Below are positions 26,335 to 36,330 of a DNA stretch of 64,000 nucleotides, piece by piece. Made by a program: the position numbers and the translations under genes. The DNA comes from a virus. Location of the stretch: the IMG/VR virus record IMGVR_UViG_3300020578_000011. One strand, given 5' to 3'. How positions within the stretch are numbered: position 1 is the stretch's first letter; each line of letters starts with the position of its first letter. The notes under the pieces are model-generated. The model made no database searches. It saw nothing but the letters and a program-made list of their open reading frames with translations, and had not been told where the DNA came from.

Positions 26335-27279
26335 ATGTCAATACCTTCTCTTTCTAGTATTAAAAACAATGCTACAGATTTAGCAAGATCAGCTATTTCT
26401 CAAGTTTTGCCTAGTAAGAAAAAAGAAGAAAATAAAAATGATAAAAATTCAAATGCTTATTATCCAATAGAGGAAAACTGGTATAAAGCGCTTCCTTATG
26501 CCTTTAAGACAAATAATGGCATAATATATCTTCCAATATCGCCACAGAATATATCAATCAATACTTATTTTGCAACAAATACAATAACAACTTTATACTC
26601 AACTGTAGAAGAACATTCTGAAGTTAGATATTTTGATATTGTAATACAAGGAACAACGGGCTTCTCTCCAAAATATATAGGAACACAGTCCAAACAAGAT
26701 CCCACTAAAAAACCACCAGATGGAAGAATCTCATATGGATCTGGTGCCATAATAGACACCGGTATATTAGGTGGTTTTGGTTCTAGTACTATAAATAAAA
26801 TAAATGCTAGTTTAAATAAAATAACAGATGCAATTAGACTTGGTGAAAACAGACCTCATGAGTCTGGTGTTTTTAAAGACAGAACAGGTTATATGGCATT
26901 TCATAAATTATATCTTTTTTTACTAAAATATAAAAAAGACACTGCAAGTGGCTTGTTTAAAGAAGAAGCTAATCAAAAATCTCCACTTATTTTTATAAAT
27001 TATAAAGATAATAATCAATATTCATGTACTGTTCAGCGGTTTTCTTTAGAAAAAAGCGCAGACAATCCAATGTTATATAATTATATTATTCAATTAAGAG
27101 CATATAATTTAAGTTCAATATCTACAAAGGCACCTGCAGAAGAACTTTTGAATAGATTAAATCAACTTGGTTTAGATAAAGAAAAAGCCTCTGTACTGGC
27201 AAGAGCAAGAAATACAATATCAAATGCTAGATCAGCAGTTAATTCAACCGTATCTGCTGTCTCAGGAGCAGGAAGATGA
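26335..27279 (+). CDS. Baseplate/tube-initiator-like protein
   Basis: LPISPQNISI...IQGTTG...YNYIIQLRA pattern and position. Confidence 0.55.
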   Translation: MSIPSLSSIKNNATDLARSAISQVLPSKKKEENKNDKNSNAYYPIEENWYKALPYAFKTNNGIIYLPISPQNISINTYFATNTITTLYSTVEEHSEVRYFDIVIQGTTGFSPKYIGTQSKQDPTKKPPDGRISYGSGAIIDTGILGGFGSSTINKINASLNKITDAIRLGENRPHESGVFKDRTGYMAFHKLYLFLLKYKKDTASGLFKEEANQKSPLIFINYKDNNQYSCTVQRFSLEKSADNPMLYNYIIQLRAYNLSSISTKAPAEELLNRLNQLGLDKEKASVLARARNTISNARSAVNSTVSAVSGAGR

Positions 27280-28868
27280 GTGTATTAACAACTGCCTATG
27301 TTGCATTAGCAGATTTAAATCTATGGGTAAAGTCTGGCCTTAATGAAGAATTAAGTTTAGCGGATGTTCCCTCTATAATTCCTAGTCGTTTTTATTATAT
27401 AGTTGAAAACTGGTCTGTGTTTAAAAATAAATTATTAAATATATCTGAAAATTATTCTAATCCATCTAGGCTTAGGGATGAAATGGATTCGTTTGTTGAA
27501 ATTGTTAATATATATAAAACAGATACTACTAAAAGAATTCCAAATATATCTAATTTAATGTCTAATTATTTTACTGTGTTTGATTCCATTTTAATAAACG
27601 ACATACCAACATCTTTAATTGAACAAAAACAAATAGATGCTGAAATAAAAAGAGTAACATCTTTTAATAAAAATGATTTTATAGCTATACGAAAAAGATT
27701 GCAAGATGGAAGAGATGCCGTTGCAGATTCTATTGGAGCATCTGATAAAGACTATAATAGAATATATACAAGATCGTCTCTTCCGACTTTGTTAAGCAGA
27801 TCGATACCGCAGATTCAAGTATCTTTGGCTTTTCATCAGGGTGCTCAGATCGTTGACGATATACTTGCTAATCAAAATATTCTAAAAACAGAAGCCTTCA
27901 TAGATCCATTTGCCTTCGCAAGATCAAATGCCAACAATCCAGATATAGATATAAGATCATACTCATCTGGAAGATTGGTTAAGTTAAATTACGGCGAGAC
28001 CTTGCAAACACTTGCATATAGAACAATGGGTGATCAAAATAGATGGATTGAAATTGCGATATCAAATGGTCTAAAACCCCCATATATAGATGAAACGGGA
28101 GAAAAAGTTCCTTTATTAGTAAATGCTAAAAATAACATTATAAATTTATCTAAAACTGATACAAATGGAAATGCTAATAAAGAAAAAATATATGTAAATC
28201 AAATAGTTATATTGCAATCAAATATAGAAAGAACTCCAGATCAAAGAGTTGTTGTCAGTATCAAAGAAGTTCCTGTTTCGGGTGAGCTTATAATAGAATT
28301 AAGTGGAAAATCTGATTTAGAAAAATATAAAATAACAGATCAAGCTCATGTTAGAGTTTTTAAACCAAATACAATAAATAGTAATTTTTATATATTAATA
28401 CCATCTACAGATGCTGTTCAGCAAAAATTTAAAGAAGATCCTTGGTTTTTAAAAAGCAATGCAGAAGATGAAAAAAGAGCTGGTGTTGATTTGTTAATAG
28501 ATAACGACTCAGACATTGTACTCACTCCACTGGGTGAGATATTGTTAAGTTATGGTGTTAACAATGCTAGTCAAGCTGTTAAAATACTTATGAGTACTAT
28601 TAAGGGTTCTTTAACTAAATATCAAGATTACGGTGTTCCTGCCTTAATAGGCACAAGAAATCAAGAACCTGAGTTGATAAAACAACAACTATCAGAAGAT
28701 ATAGCAAATCAAATATTAAATGACAATCGTTTTGAAAGATTAGACTCTTTATCGGTAGAATATATAGGTAACCAAGATGCAGCTAGTGCATATAGAATAA
28801 CAATGAGTGTTGTCTTGTCAGGTGGCTCTGTTGTTATTCCGATAAGCTTTAGTGTAAACATCTCGTAA
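27276..28868 (+). CDS. Baseplate wedge protein with LysM-like and gp25-like domains
   Basis: GETLQTLAYRTMGDQNRWIEIAISNGL; C-terminal STIKGSL..YQDYG...ILNDNRF. Confidence 0.7.
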   Translation: MSVLTTAYVALADLNLWVKSGLNEELSLADVPSIIPSRFYYIVENWSVFKNKLLNISENYSNPSRLRDEMDSFVEIVNIYKTDTTKRIPNISNLMSNYFTVFDSILINDIPTSLIEQKQIDAEIKRVTSFNKNDFIAIRKRLQDGRDAVADSIGASDKDYNRIYTRSSLPTLLSRSIPQIQVSLAFHQGAQIVDDILANQNILKTEAFIDPFAFARSNANNPDIDIRSYSSGRLVKLNYGETLQTLAYRTMGDQNRWIEIAISNGLKPPYIDETGEKVPLLVNAKNNIINLSKTDTNGNANKEKIYVNQIVILQSNIERTPDQRVVVSIKEVPVSGELIIELSGKSDLEKYKITDQAHVRVFKPNTINSNFYILIPSTDAVQQKFKEDPWFLKSNAEDEKRAGVDLLIDNDSDIVLTPLGEILLSYGVNNASQAVKILMSTIKGSLTKYQDYGVPALIGTRNQEPELIKQQLSEDIANQILNDNRFERLDSLSVEYIGNQDAASAYRITMSVVLSGGSVVIPISFSVNIS

Positions 28869-28880
28869 TAAAGGTGAGAT

Positions 28881-31800
28881 ATGGCTGTTACTATTAGTTC
28901 ATACAACGAGATACTAGGCAAATTAGTTCGTAAAATAATAGCAGATACACCAGTGAATGATTTAAACCGGGGATCTGTTCTTTTAACATTGCTTGAAGCT
29001 GTGGCGTCTCAAGATTTTGAAAATAGCGCCAACATTCTTGGCGTACTAGAGTCTCTTAGTATAGATGCGTTAAAAAATTCAGATTTAGATCAAAGAGCTG
29101 CAGATTATGGTTTGACTAGGATTCCAGCTGGAAAAGCAACTGGATTTGTAAATATTAAAGATACATCCATAACAAAAAGATCTACATCATTGTATGCTGT
29201 AAAACAAGCACCAATAGCAGGTTCTACTGTTATATATGTTAACGATGCTTCAGATTGGGACGCCTCTGGAGGTAGTCTTTATATAGGTAGAGGCACTCAA
29301 CAGTTTGAGGGGCCGATTAATTATTCTTCTATAACTAATAATACTAGTTTTTATACTATAAATTTATCTTCATCTCTTCAATACGATCATTTGATATCTG
29401 ATTCTGTTGTCGATGCACAAGGAACAGTTGATCGTGAAATATCATCTGGAACACTTGTAAAAATTCCAGCAAATAATCAAAATCCAGAAATATTATATTC
29501 AATACTCAGGGATGCGGTATTGCCAGCAGGTGAAGATGTCGTAAACAATATATTAATTATTGCCAATCAAGTTGGCTCATCTAGCAACACTGGTATCAAT
29601 ACAATTGTAGAGTTCTCATCTCCGCCTTTTACAAATGCTGCAGTTAGCAACTCAAATTCACTAACAGATGGAGTGGATACCGAATCTGATGATGATTTTA
29701 GAGAAAGAATTAAATCATACACTTCAACACTTGCAAGAGGAACAAGAGAAGCTATACTTAGTTCTGTTGTAGGAATTTCGGATTCAACAGATGGAAAGCA
29801 AGTATCATCTGCAACGATCACAGAGCCAGCAGTAATAAGTGATCCTTCTATAGTTTATGTAGATGATGGAAGCGGATTTCAGCCTACATATAAAGGACAA
29901 AGTGTTGACGTTATTCTATCATCTGCAACTGGTGATGAAGAATTTCTTCAATTAGCAAATTTTCCATTACCAAGACCGCAAGTAATAAACCAAGCAGATG
30001 GTCCTTATTCGTTAATTGACCAATGTGCTCTTTCTGTTGTTGTGGACAATTCTGAAGAAGAAATTTTATTTAAATCTTCTCAATTTAAAAATATAGCATC
30101 TGCAACATTACAAGAAATAGCTACTGTAATAAATGATAATTCTATTAATTTTAAATGTAGACTTACTGAAAACTCAACTCGTTTATTACTATATCCAACT
30201 GCACATGATACAGAGTTTATTCAAGTATCATTATCTAATTCTAATTTAGATGCAAATACTTATTTAAAATTTCCAACTAACAAATATTCATATATAACTT
30301 TATATAAAAACAATACTCTTTTGTCTGAAAAAGAATTTTCAGCAACACTTAGAACAATACCAAAATCTTCGTGGGGAATAACTTCGATAGGTAGTCTTAT
30401 AATAGAGGTAGATGGAACGCCAGCTCAGAGTCGTACTTTTTCAAGTTTAGATTTTGACGGTCAATCTTTTGATGTGCTAACATCTTCTGATTGGGCTTCT
30501 GCTTTTAATAAAAAATTTGCCGGAATACGAGCATTAGCAACTTCTTCTGATCAAATAGAAATATCATCAAACTTAATTGGATATGAATCTTCTTTAAAGA
30601 TATCTGGAGGAACTTATTTAAATAACATGTTCTCTGGTGTCGATACCTATGCAGAGGGCAAAACTTCTGACTTTGCATTAAATAGACAAACTGGCAATCT
30701 TCAAATGAAAACTCAAATTTCTTCTGGAGACACAATAACAGCGGGATCTGTTGATGCAAAGGGAAATATAATATCAAATGCAGCAAGCGGAGTTTATAAT
30801 CTAAATTTAGATGCTTTTGGCAGATCAGCAGAGATTGTAGTTGTTGCAGATGGCAATGATTCTGTTTTTAGAAATGAAGTAAACCCCATAGTTGGAACAA
30901 CTCTTTTAATAACAGCATCATCTAATAAGATGAAAGTTATTTCAAATGTAAATACTTTATTTGAAAAAGCTCAAATTGGGGATTTTTTATATATTGCAAA
31001 CAGAGGCAATGATGCGGTAAATTGGTTTGATTCTAAAAATTGTGGAATATTTAAAATAAGAGCAAAAGGAAACCACACTGATATCGGCACAGCTTGGGTG
31101 GAGGTCGATAATAAAGATGCAGTTAATAGCGGATCTGTTCGTTTGATTCAGTCATCTGAAGATATACAAGTTTTCTATGCAAATGTATATCCACAGCTTT
31201 GGAAAAGTTCTTATTTATCAAGTTTAGGAGACGCTACTATAAAAGCAATAGTAGATTCTATAAATTTAAAACTTGAAAATGTAAAAAGCTCGATATATAA
31301 AACTAATTTAATAAAACTAACTAGCTCAACTGAAAATAATGGATCTATATCATTGCCCATTTCTGCTGGCCTTATGACTAATGTCTTCGATTCTGGCATA
31401 GATGCTCAATTAGGTAATCAATCTAATATTGCAACAAAAATAACTCAAAAAGATATGATTAGCTTTTTTAAGAGAACTGAACCAAGTTCTTCTAATGTCT
31501 GGCTTAATAGATATGTATACAAAGATCTTAAAGGTTCTTTATCATCTGGATCTACAGATGTTTTTGGTTACAGTGAACAATTTATATTAAATCCATCTGG
31601 TTTGTTAAATAATACGACCATTTCTAATGACAATATCTTAAGCATAACCAGTGGATCTAATAAGTCTCATTTTAGAAATATTAAAGAATTCAATTCTGAG
31701 TTTGATCTTGGAACTCAAACAGAGACACCTTTTACTATTTTTGATTATTTACCTAATGATGAGTTGAATATTGTAGAATCACTTGACATCTCATCTGATG

Positions 31801-34800
31801 ACTCAATTGTTTTTATATTAGATGGAGACTCTGTAAATAAAACTATAAATGTTAATTTTTGGAGAACTGGAAAAGTAAATACCAATCATTCTGCTTCGAA
31901 TACATCTTTCTCTGCAGATGACATGGATAACGAAGCTGGGATTGATTTTAGTAATTTACAAATATGGAATAAAGAAAACAATTATACAGAATTTAAAGAT
32001 TATGCAATTTGGTTTAGAAGTAGAAATTGGTATAGAACAGGTGGAACATTAGGTTCTGGTGCTACTCTTTTATTAAGAGCAAAAGAATATGGTCCCAATG
32101 GAGATAAGTTATTTTTTAACATTGAATATCCAACAGCTCCAAATCAAGATTTTAATATAGATCACATAACCTCACCAGATGGATCTTTGTCTACCTATAC
32201 GTTAGCAAGTGGCGATACGATTCCTACTGGAATAACTAGTGGAAATACTTTTTCTATAACAAAAAATGGAAACGAATGTACTTTAGATTTTAAAGAATCA
32301 AACATAGATTTGTCTGCATTAAATCCGGCCGGTGGAGATATCATATCAATAACAGATCAGAGTGTGTCTGCTTCAAATAGAGGTTCTTTTAGAATCAATT
32401 CATTTAATTCTATTAATAAAACTTTAACAATAACCAATGCAGCAGGATTTGCTACAACTCAAGGTTCTCCTGAGATATACAATATACAAACAATAGCAGA
32501 TGTGGTGGGTACGCAAGGAAACATAACGATAACTTGTACTTCCGAAGGAAATACTTCTAATAAAGTTGGCAGCGGTGATTATTTAATATTAAAAGATAAT
32601 CAAGGAAATAAAATTGTATATTGGTATGCAGTTAATAATAGTGGATCTGCTCCATCTTTAACTGGAATTTATCAATATATAAAAATAGCAACAATAGTAA
32701 CTGGAGACACTGCAGCAGATGTTGCATCTAAAACCGCTGCTGTAATAAATGGTTCATATTCAGATTTTACAGCAAATTATTCTTCTGGAAATTCTGGAAA
32801 TTCGTTTACTGTATTTAATACTTTTAATGGACCTGTTGTGTTGGATGAAAGTGGAAACTCTGGTACTGGTTTTGTTTATTCAAAAATAGATGGAAATCCT
32901 AATCAAACACTTGGTGGAAAATATTTTACAATACACGACACAAATGGAAGCGTTGCGGTTTGGATGAATGTATATTCAAACACAGAGCCTGCACATGGTG
33001 CTGATAGGTCGATTCAAGTAGTGATTCCTTCTGGTAGTAGTTCTAATAATGTTGCTGATTTAATTGCTTCTGCTTTAGATTTAGATACTCAATTCTCTTG
33101 TACATATCTAAGCAATGTTGTCACTATAACAAACATATATAATGGAAGTCTTGAAAACGCGAACACTAACACAAGTGGCTTTACTATACAGACAGGAACA
33201 AATGGACAAAACGATGGAGTAGAAACAATAAATTCAGCTGAAGGTATTAAAGTATTTCCATTAATAGAAAATGATGCACAAACAATAGCTGAAAATATTA
33301 ATAATAATTCATTAATAATGACAGCTGTTTCAATTGGTGATTCCTCTAAACTTTTCACAAGATCTACTAAAGAAGAAACATCATCTATTGCATATGATCA
33401 TGCTTCGATCGATGGAAAAGTAAAAATGTTTGATGGTGAATCTTTTATAAAAATATTTGATAACGTAAATCCAAATTTTATACTTAAAAAAGATTTAGAA
33501 TTACAAAACGTTCAACCATCAATATATAATATGTCAAATTGTCCAAATCCAAACTCTTCTGAACTTGGTGAGTTTTTTAAATTAATTCCAAAAACAATTA
33601 AAAATGTAAAACATCACTTAAATCATAGAGCTCTTTCTCAACTTCCCATCGTAGCAGATGTTGATATTTGTAATAATTTTAGAAGAATTCAAATTAAATC
33701 TAAAAAACTTGGAACAGCTGGATCTGTTGAAGTCGTTGGTGGTCGAGCTAATTTAGGTGAATTTAGTATTTTTGGAGATAGTCAAATTTCAAGTAGTTCT
33801 TCTTCCAATATGTTAGAAACTAAAATATCAGCATATCCATCTACTATAAATTCAAATGATATAATTAAAGTTTATAATGAAAAATCTGCAAAAAGACTTT
33901 CTCGTTTAAAATCAACAGATACAGTAGATGTTGCTGTAGTTTCTAATACCGAGTCTGAGTATTATTTTAATAAAAAAGATATTAATTCTTATTTCTTTGT
34001 ACCATGGACAGTTACTGATGTTTCTTCTTTATACGGGAAGGCAAATGGGATTGTTTGGAGATGGCAACACGGTGATGCTGGAAAAACATTAAACATAACA
34101 TCTTTAACAAATGGATTAATATCAGATCTTGCTTTTGTAAATGAATACGCATCAGATGGATCCACTGGTTCTGTTTCTTTAGAAGTTTTTTCTAAAACAA
34201 ATGGAACTTTTTCTACTAAATTAAGTTTTAGTTTATCTACTAATTCAACACCTACAAATGGTGATTATTTTACTTTTAGAAATGCAGATAATGATACGTT
34301 TGCTGTGTGGTTTAAAATAGGGAGTGGATTTAGTCCCAGTGGTACTACTTATACAGATGCTTCATATAAAATACAAGTAGATATATTAAACACAGATTCT
34401 GCAAATCAAGTAATAGAAAAACTTAAATCAACACTTTTATCAAATCCTGAATTTGCATTGAAATTCTCATCATCAGATCTTCCTGCGACTTCGTTAGAGA
34501 ATGTCTACGCCGGTGACTCATTGGGTGTTTGGGGAACTGAAAATTTTACTCAATGCAATATGAAAAACCAATCACAATCAACAGGCGAGGGAGAGATCTC
34601 TAATTTTCCTATAATAGCAGTAAATGCATTAAATAGATATATAGATGTAGTAAATCCTAATGGTGTTGCTACATCTTTTAGACCTTTAGAAAATATAGGT
34701 AATATAGAAATCTTTCCTTCTCTTGGAATAAGATGGAGATTGAAACATTCTGCTTATTTTTCAATAACAAGTATTCAAGTTGTATCAGGAATAGCTAAAG

Positions 34801-36323
34801 TAATAACTTCTTCTTCACACGGTCTTGGACTTGGTGACACTGTTACAATTGCAAATACGGGTATTGTAGGATTAAATGGTGATAAAGTTATTCAATTAAC
34901 ACCTGATTCCAATTCTTTTACTTTTAATACGACAGTGAGCGACGGTATCTATGCAGGTGGTATTGCAATTGCCCAAGGAAGGCAAAGAACTCGATATAAA
35001 ATAGAAAGTTTAGGTTTTAATAATTTAGTTAGAATAAGTAGAAAAAATGGAGATTCTCCATATTTTACAGACTGCGGTGTTGCAGTTGATGATTTTGTAA
35101 AAATAAGTGGATTTACTTTTTCATCTGTTAATAATGGTTTTTTTAGAATTTTAGCAGTTGATAATGACTCTTTTGTTATTGAAAATCCAAACTTTAAAGA
35201 AGAATTAGATACCTATGTAAAATTTAACAACTTAGATAATGTTGTGACATGGGTTGCCAATGACACTAAGATAACAGGAATTGCTGGATCTTTTGCGAAC
35301 TTAAGTAATGGCATTTGGGTAAAGAAAAAAGAAGACTCAAATGAATATTTAGTACAAGTTATATCTTGCGACACTGGCAACTACTCAACTGCAACTATTG
35401 TAAATCTTGGATCTAGATATCTTGGTTCTGATTCTTTATCTGCTGGTCTTGCTATAGATCAAGAGCTTTCAATAGATCAAGGTGTCTATTTACAAGATGT
35501 TAATGATATTATTTTTTATGAAGCAGACTCTATTATTGCTGGAGATTATTTAGTAATAGATAATATATCAAATCCATATTGGTTTAATTCCTCAAACTCT
35601 GGTGTGTTTAAGGTTCAAAAATTTGGAACAAATTCAAGTTCAAAATCTCAATATATAAGAATTCAAAATAATGCAGCAGTTGCACAGTCTTCTGTTCAAA
35701 TGTCTGTTAGCTTAAATGGATTGTATTTACTTGAAAATGAAAATTACAAATATGAATCAATAAGAAAAGTAGAATATGCTTGTATAAATGAGTCAAATCC
35801 AAATCAAAGACTTGTTTATTTAACACCAGATCATCAGCTTAATAAAATAACAAGTCTATATGGTTCTAAAATAAAATCACTTGGAAAATTAGGCTTTGAT
35901 GTTGGTGTTACTTCTGGGGTGGATGGCTATATCTATTACACTGGATTAATGCAAACTGTTCAGAGAATAATTGACGGATATGAGCCAGATCCCACAAACT
36001 ATCCTGGAAGAAGAGCCGTTGGATCTGCGATAGAGGTTCTTCCTCCTCTTATTAGACAAATAAGTATAACGCTTGATATAACTACTAAAGATGGTGTCAA
36101 CTTAACAGATGTTACTAATGACATCAAGTCTATCGTAATTAATTATGTAAACTCACTGGGAGTTGGAGATGATGTTGTTCTTTCAGAAATAATATCAAGA
36201 GTCATGTCTATAAATGGAGTATATTCAGCCACTTTTACAAACCCAGTTCCTTCTGAACAAACCATACCTATATATGATGATCAGAAGGCTTTCATATCTC
36301 CAGAGTTAATAAGCTTGTCTTGA
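28881..36323 (+). CDS. Giant baseplate J-like (gp6-like) wedge protein
   Basis: DLDQRAADYGLTR; DGVDTESDDDFRER; C-terminal YVNSLGVGDDVVLSEIISRVMSINGVYS. Confidence 0.85.
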   Translation: MAVTISSYNEILGKLVRKIIADTPVNDLNRGSVLLTLLEAVASQDFENSANILGVLESLSIDALKNSDLDQRAADYGLTRIPAGKATGFVNIKDTSITKRSTSLYAVKQAPIAGSTVIYVNDASDWDASGGSLYIGRGTQQFEGPINYSSITNNTSFYTINLSSSLQYDHLISDSVVDAQGTVDREISSGTLVKIPANNQNPEILYSILRDAVLPAGEDVVNNILIIANQVGSSSNTGINTIVEFSSPPFTNAAVSNSNSLTDGVDTESDDDFRERIKSYTSTLARGTREAILSSVVGISDSTDGKQVSSATITEPAVISDPSIVYVDDGSGFQPTYKGQSVDVILSSATGDEEFLQLANFPLPRPQVINQADGPYSLIDQCALSVVVDNSEEEILFKSSQFKNIASATLQEIATVINDNSINFKCRLTENSTRLLLYPTAHDTEFIQVSLSNSNLDANTYLKFPTNKYSYITLYKNNTLLSEKEFSATLRTIPKSSWGITSIGSLIIEVDGTPAQSRTFSSLDFDGQSFDVLTSSDWASAFNKKFAGIRALATSSDQIEISSNLIGYESSLKISGGTYLNNMFSGVDTYAEGKTSDFALNRQTGNLQMKTQISSGDTITAGSVDAKGNIISNAASGVYNLNLDAFGRSAEIVVVADGNDSVFRNEVNPIVGTTLLITASSNKMKVISNVNTLFEKAQIGDFLYIANRGNDAVNWFDSKNCGIFKIRAKGNHTDIGTAWVEVDNKDAVNSGSVRLIQSSEDIQVFYANVYPQLWKSSYLSSLGDATIKAIVDSINLKLENVKSSIYKTNLIKLTSSTENNGSISLPISAGLMTNVFDSGIDAQLGNQSNIATKITQKDMISFFKRTEPSSSNVWLNRYVYKDLKGSLSSGSTDVFGYSEQFILNPSGLLNNTTISNDNILSITSGSNKSHFRNIKEFNSEFDLGTQTETPFTIFDYLPNDELNIVESLDISSDDSIVFILDGDSVNKTINVNFWRTGKVNTNHSASNTSFSADDMDNEAGIDFSNLQIWNKENNYTEFKDYAIWFRSRNWYRTGGTLGSGATLLLRAKEYGPNGDKLFFNIEYPTAPNQDFNIDHITSPDGSLSTYTLASGDTIPTGITSGNTFSITKNGNECTLDFKESNIDLSALNPAGGDIISITDQSVSASNRGSFRINSFNSINKTLTITNAAGFATTQGSPEIYNIQTIADVVGTQGNITITCTSEGNTSNKVGSGDYLILKDNQGNKIVYWYAVNNSGSAPSLTGIYQYIKIATIVTGDTAADVASKTAAVINGSYSDFTANYSSGNSGNSFTVFNTFNGPVVLDESGNSGTGFVYSKIDGNPNQTLGGKYFTIHDTNGSVAVWMNVYSNTEPAHGADRSIQVVIPSGSSSNNVADLIASALDLDTQFSCTYLSNVVTITNIYNGSLENANTNTSGFTIQTGTNGQNDGVETINSAEGIKVFPLIENDAQTIAENINNNSLIMTAVSIGDSSKLFTRSTKEETSSIAYDHASIDGKVKMFDGESFIKIFDNVNPNFILKKDLELQNVQPSIYNMSNCPNPNSSELGEFFKLIPKTIKNVKHHLNHRALSQLPIVADVDICNNFRRIQIKSKKLGTAGSVEVVGGRANLGEFSIFGDSQISSSSSSNMLETKISAYPSTINSNDIIKVYNEKSAKRLSRLKSTDTVDVAVVSNTESEYYFNKKDINSYFFVPWTVTDVSSLYGKANGIVWRWQHGDAGKTLNITSLTNGLISDLAFVNEYASDGSTGSVSLEVFSKTNGTFSTKLSFSLSTNSTPTNGDYFTFRNADNDTFAVWFKIGSGFSPSGTTYTDASYKIQVDILNTDSANQVIEKLKSTLLSNPEFALKFSSSDLPATSLENVYAGDSLGVWGTENFTQCNMKNQSQSTGEGEISNFPIIAVNALNRYIDVVNPNGVATSFRPLENIGNIEIFPSLGIRWRLKHSAYFSITSIQVVSGIAKVITSSSHGLGLGDTVTIANTGIVGLNGDKVIQLTPDSNSFTFNTTVSDGIYAGGIAIAQGRQRTRYKIESLGFNNLVRISRKNGDSPYFTDCGVAVDDFVKISGFTFSSVNNGFFRILAVDNDSFVIENPNFKEELDTYVKFNNLDNVVTWVANDTKITGIAGSFANLSNGIWVKKKEDSNEYLVQVISCDTGNYSTATIVNLGSRYLGSDSLSAGLAIDQELSIDQGVYLQDVNDIIFYEADSIIAGDYLVIDNISNPYWFNSSNSGVFKVQKFGTNSSSKSQYIRIQNNAAVAQSSVQMSVSLNGLYLLENENYKYESIRKVEYACINESNPNQRLVYLTPDHQLNKITSLYGSKIKSLGKLGFDVGVTSGVDGYIYYTGLMQTVQRIIDGYEPDPTNYPGRRAVGSAIEVLPPLIRQISITLDITTKDGVNLTDVTNDIKSIVINYVNSLGVGDDVVLSEIISRVMSINGVYSATFTNPVPSEQTIPIYDDQKAFISPELISLS

Positions 36324-36330
36324 GGTTTGT

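Noticed and set aside
28838-28845. Plus-strand TCCGATAA before baseplate J (and TCCGATAT near 46778) as further FliA-like promoters
   Set aside because: Isolated copies inside coding sequence lacking the WCT extension; cannot be told from chance.
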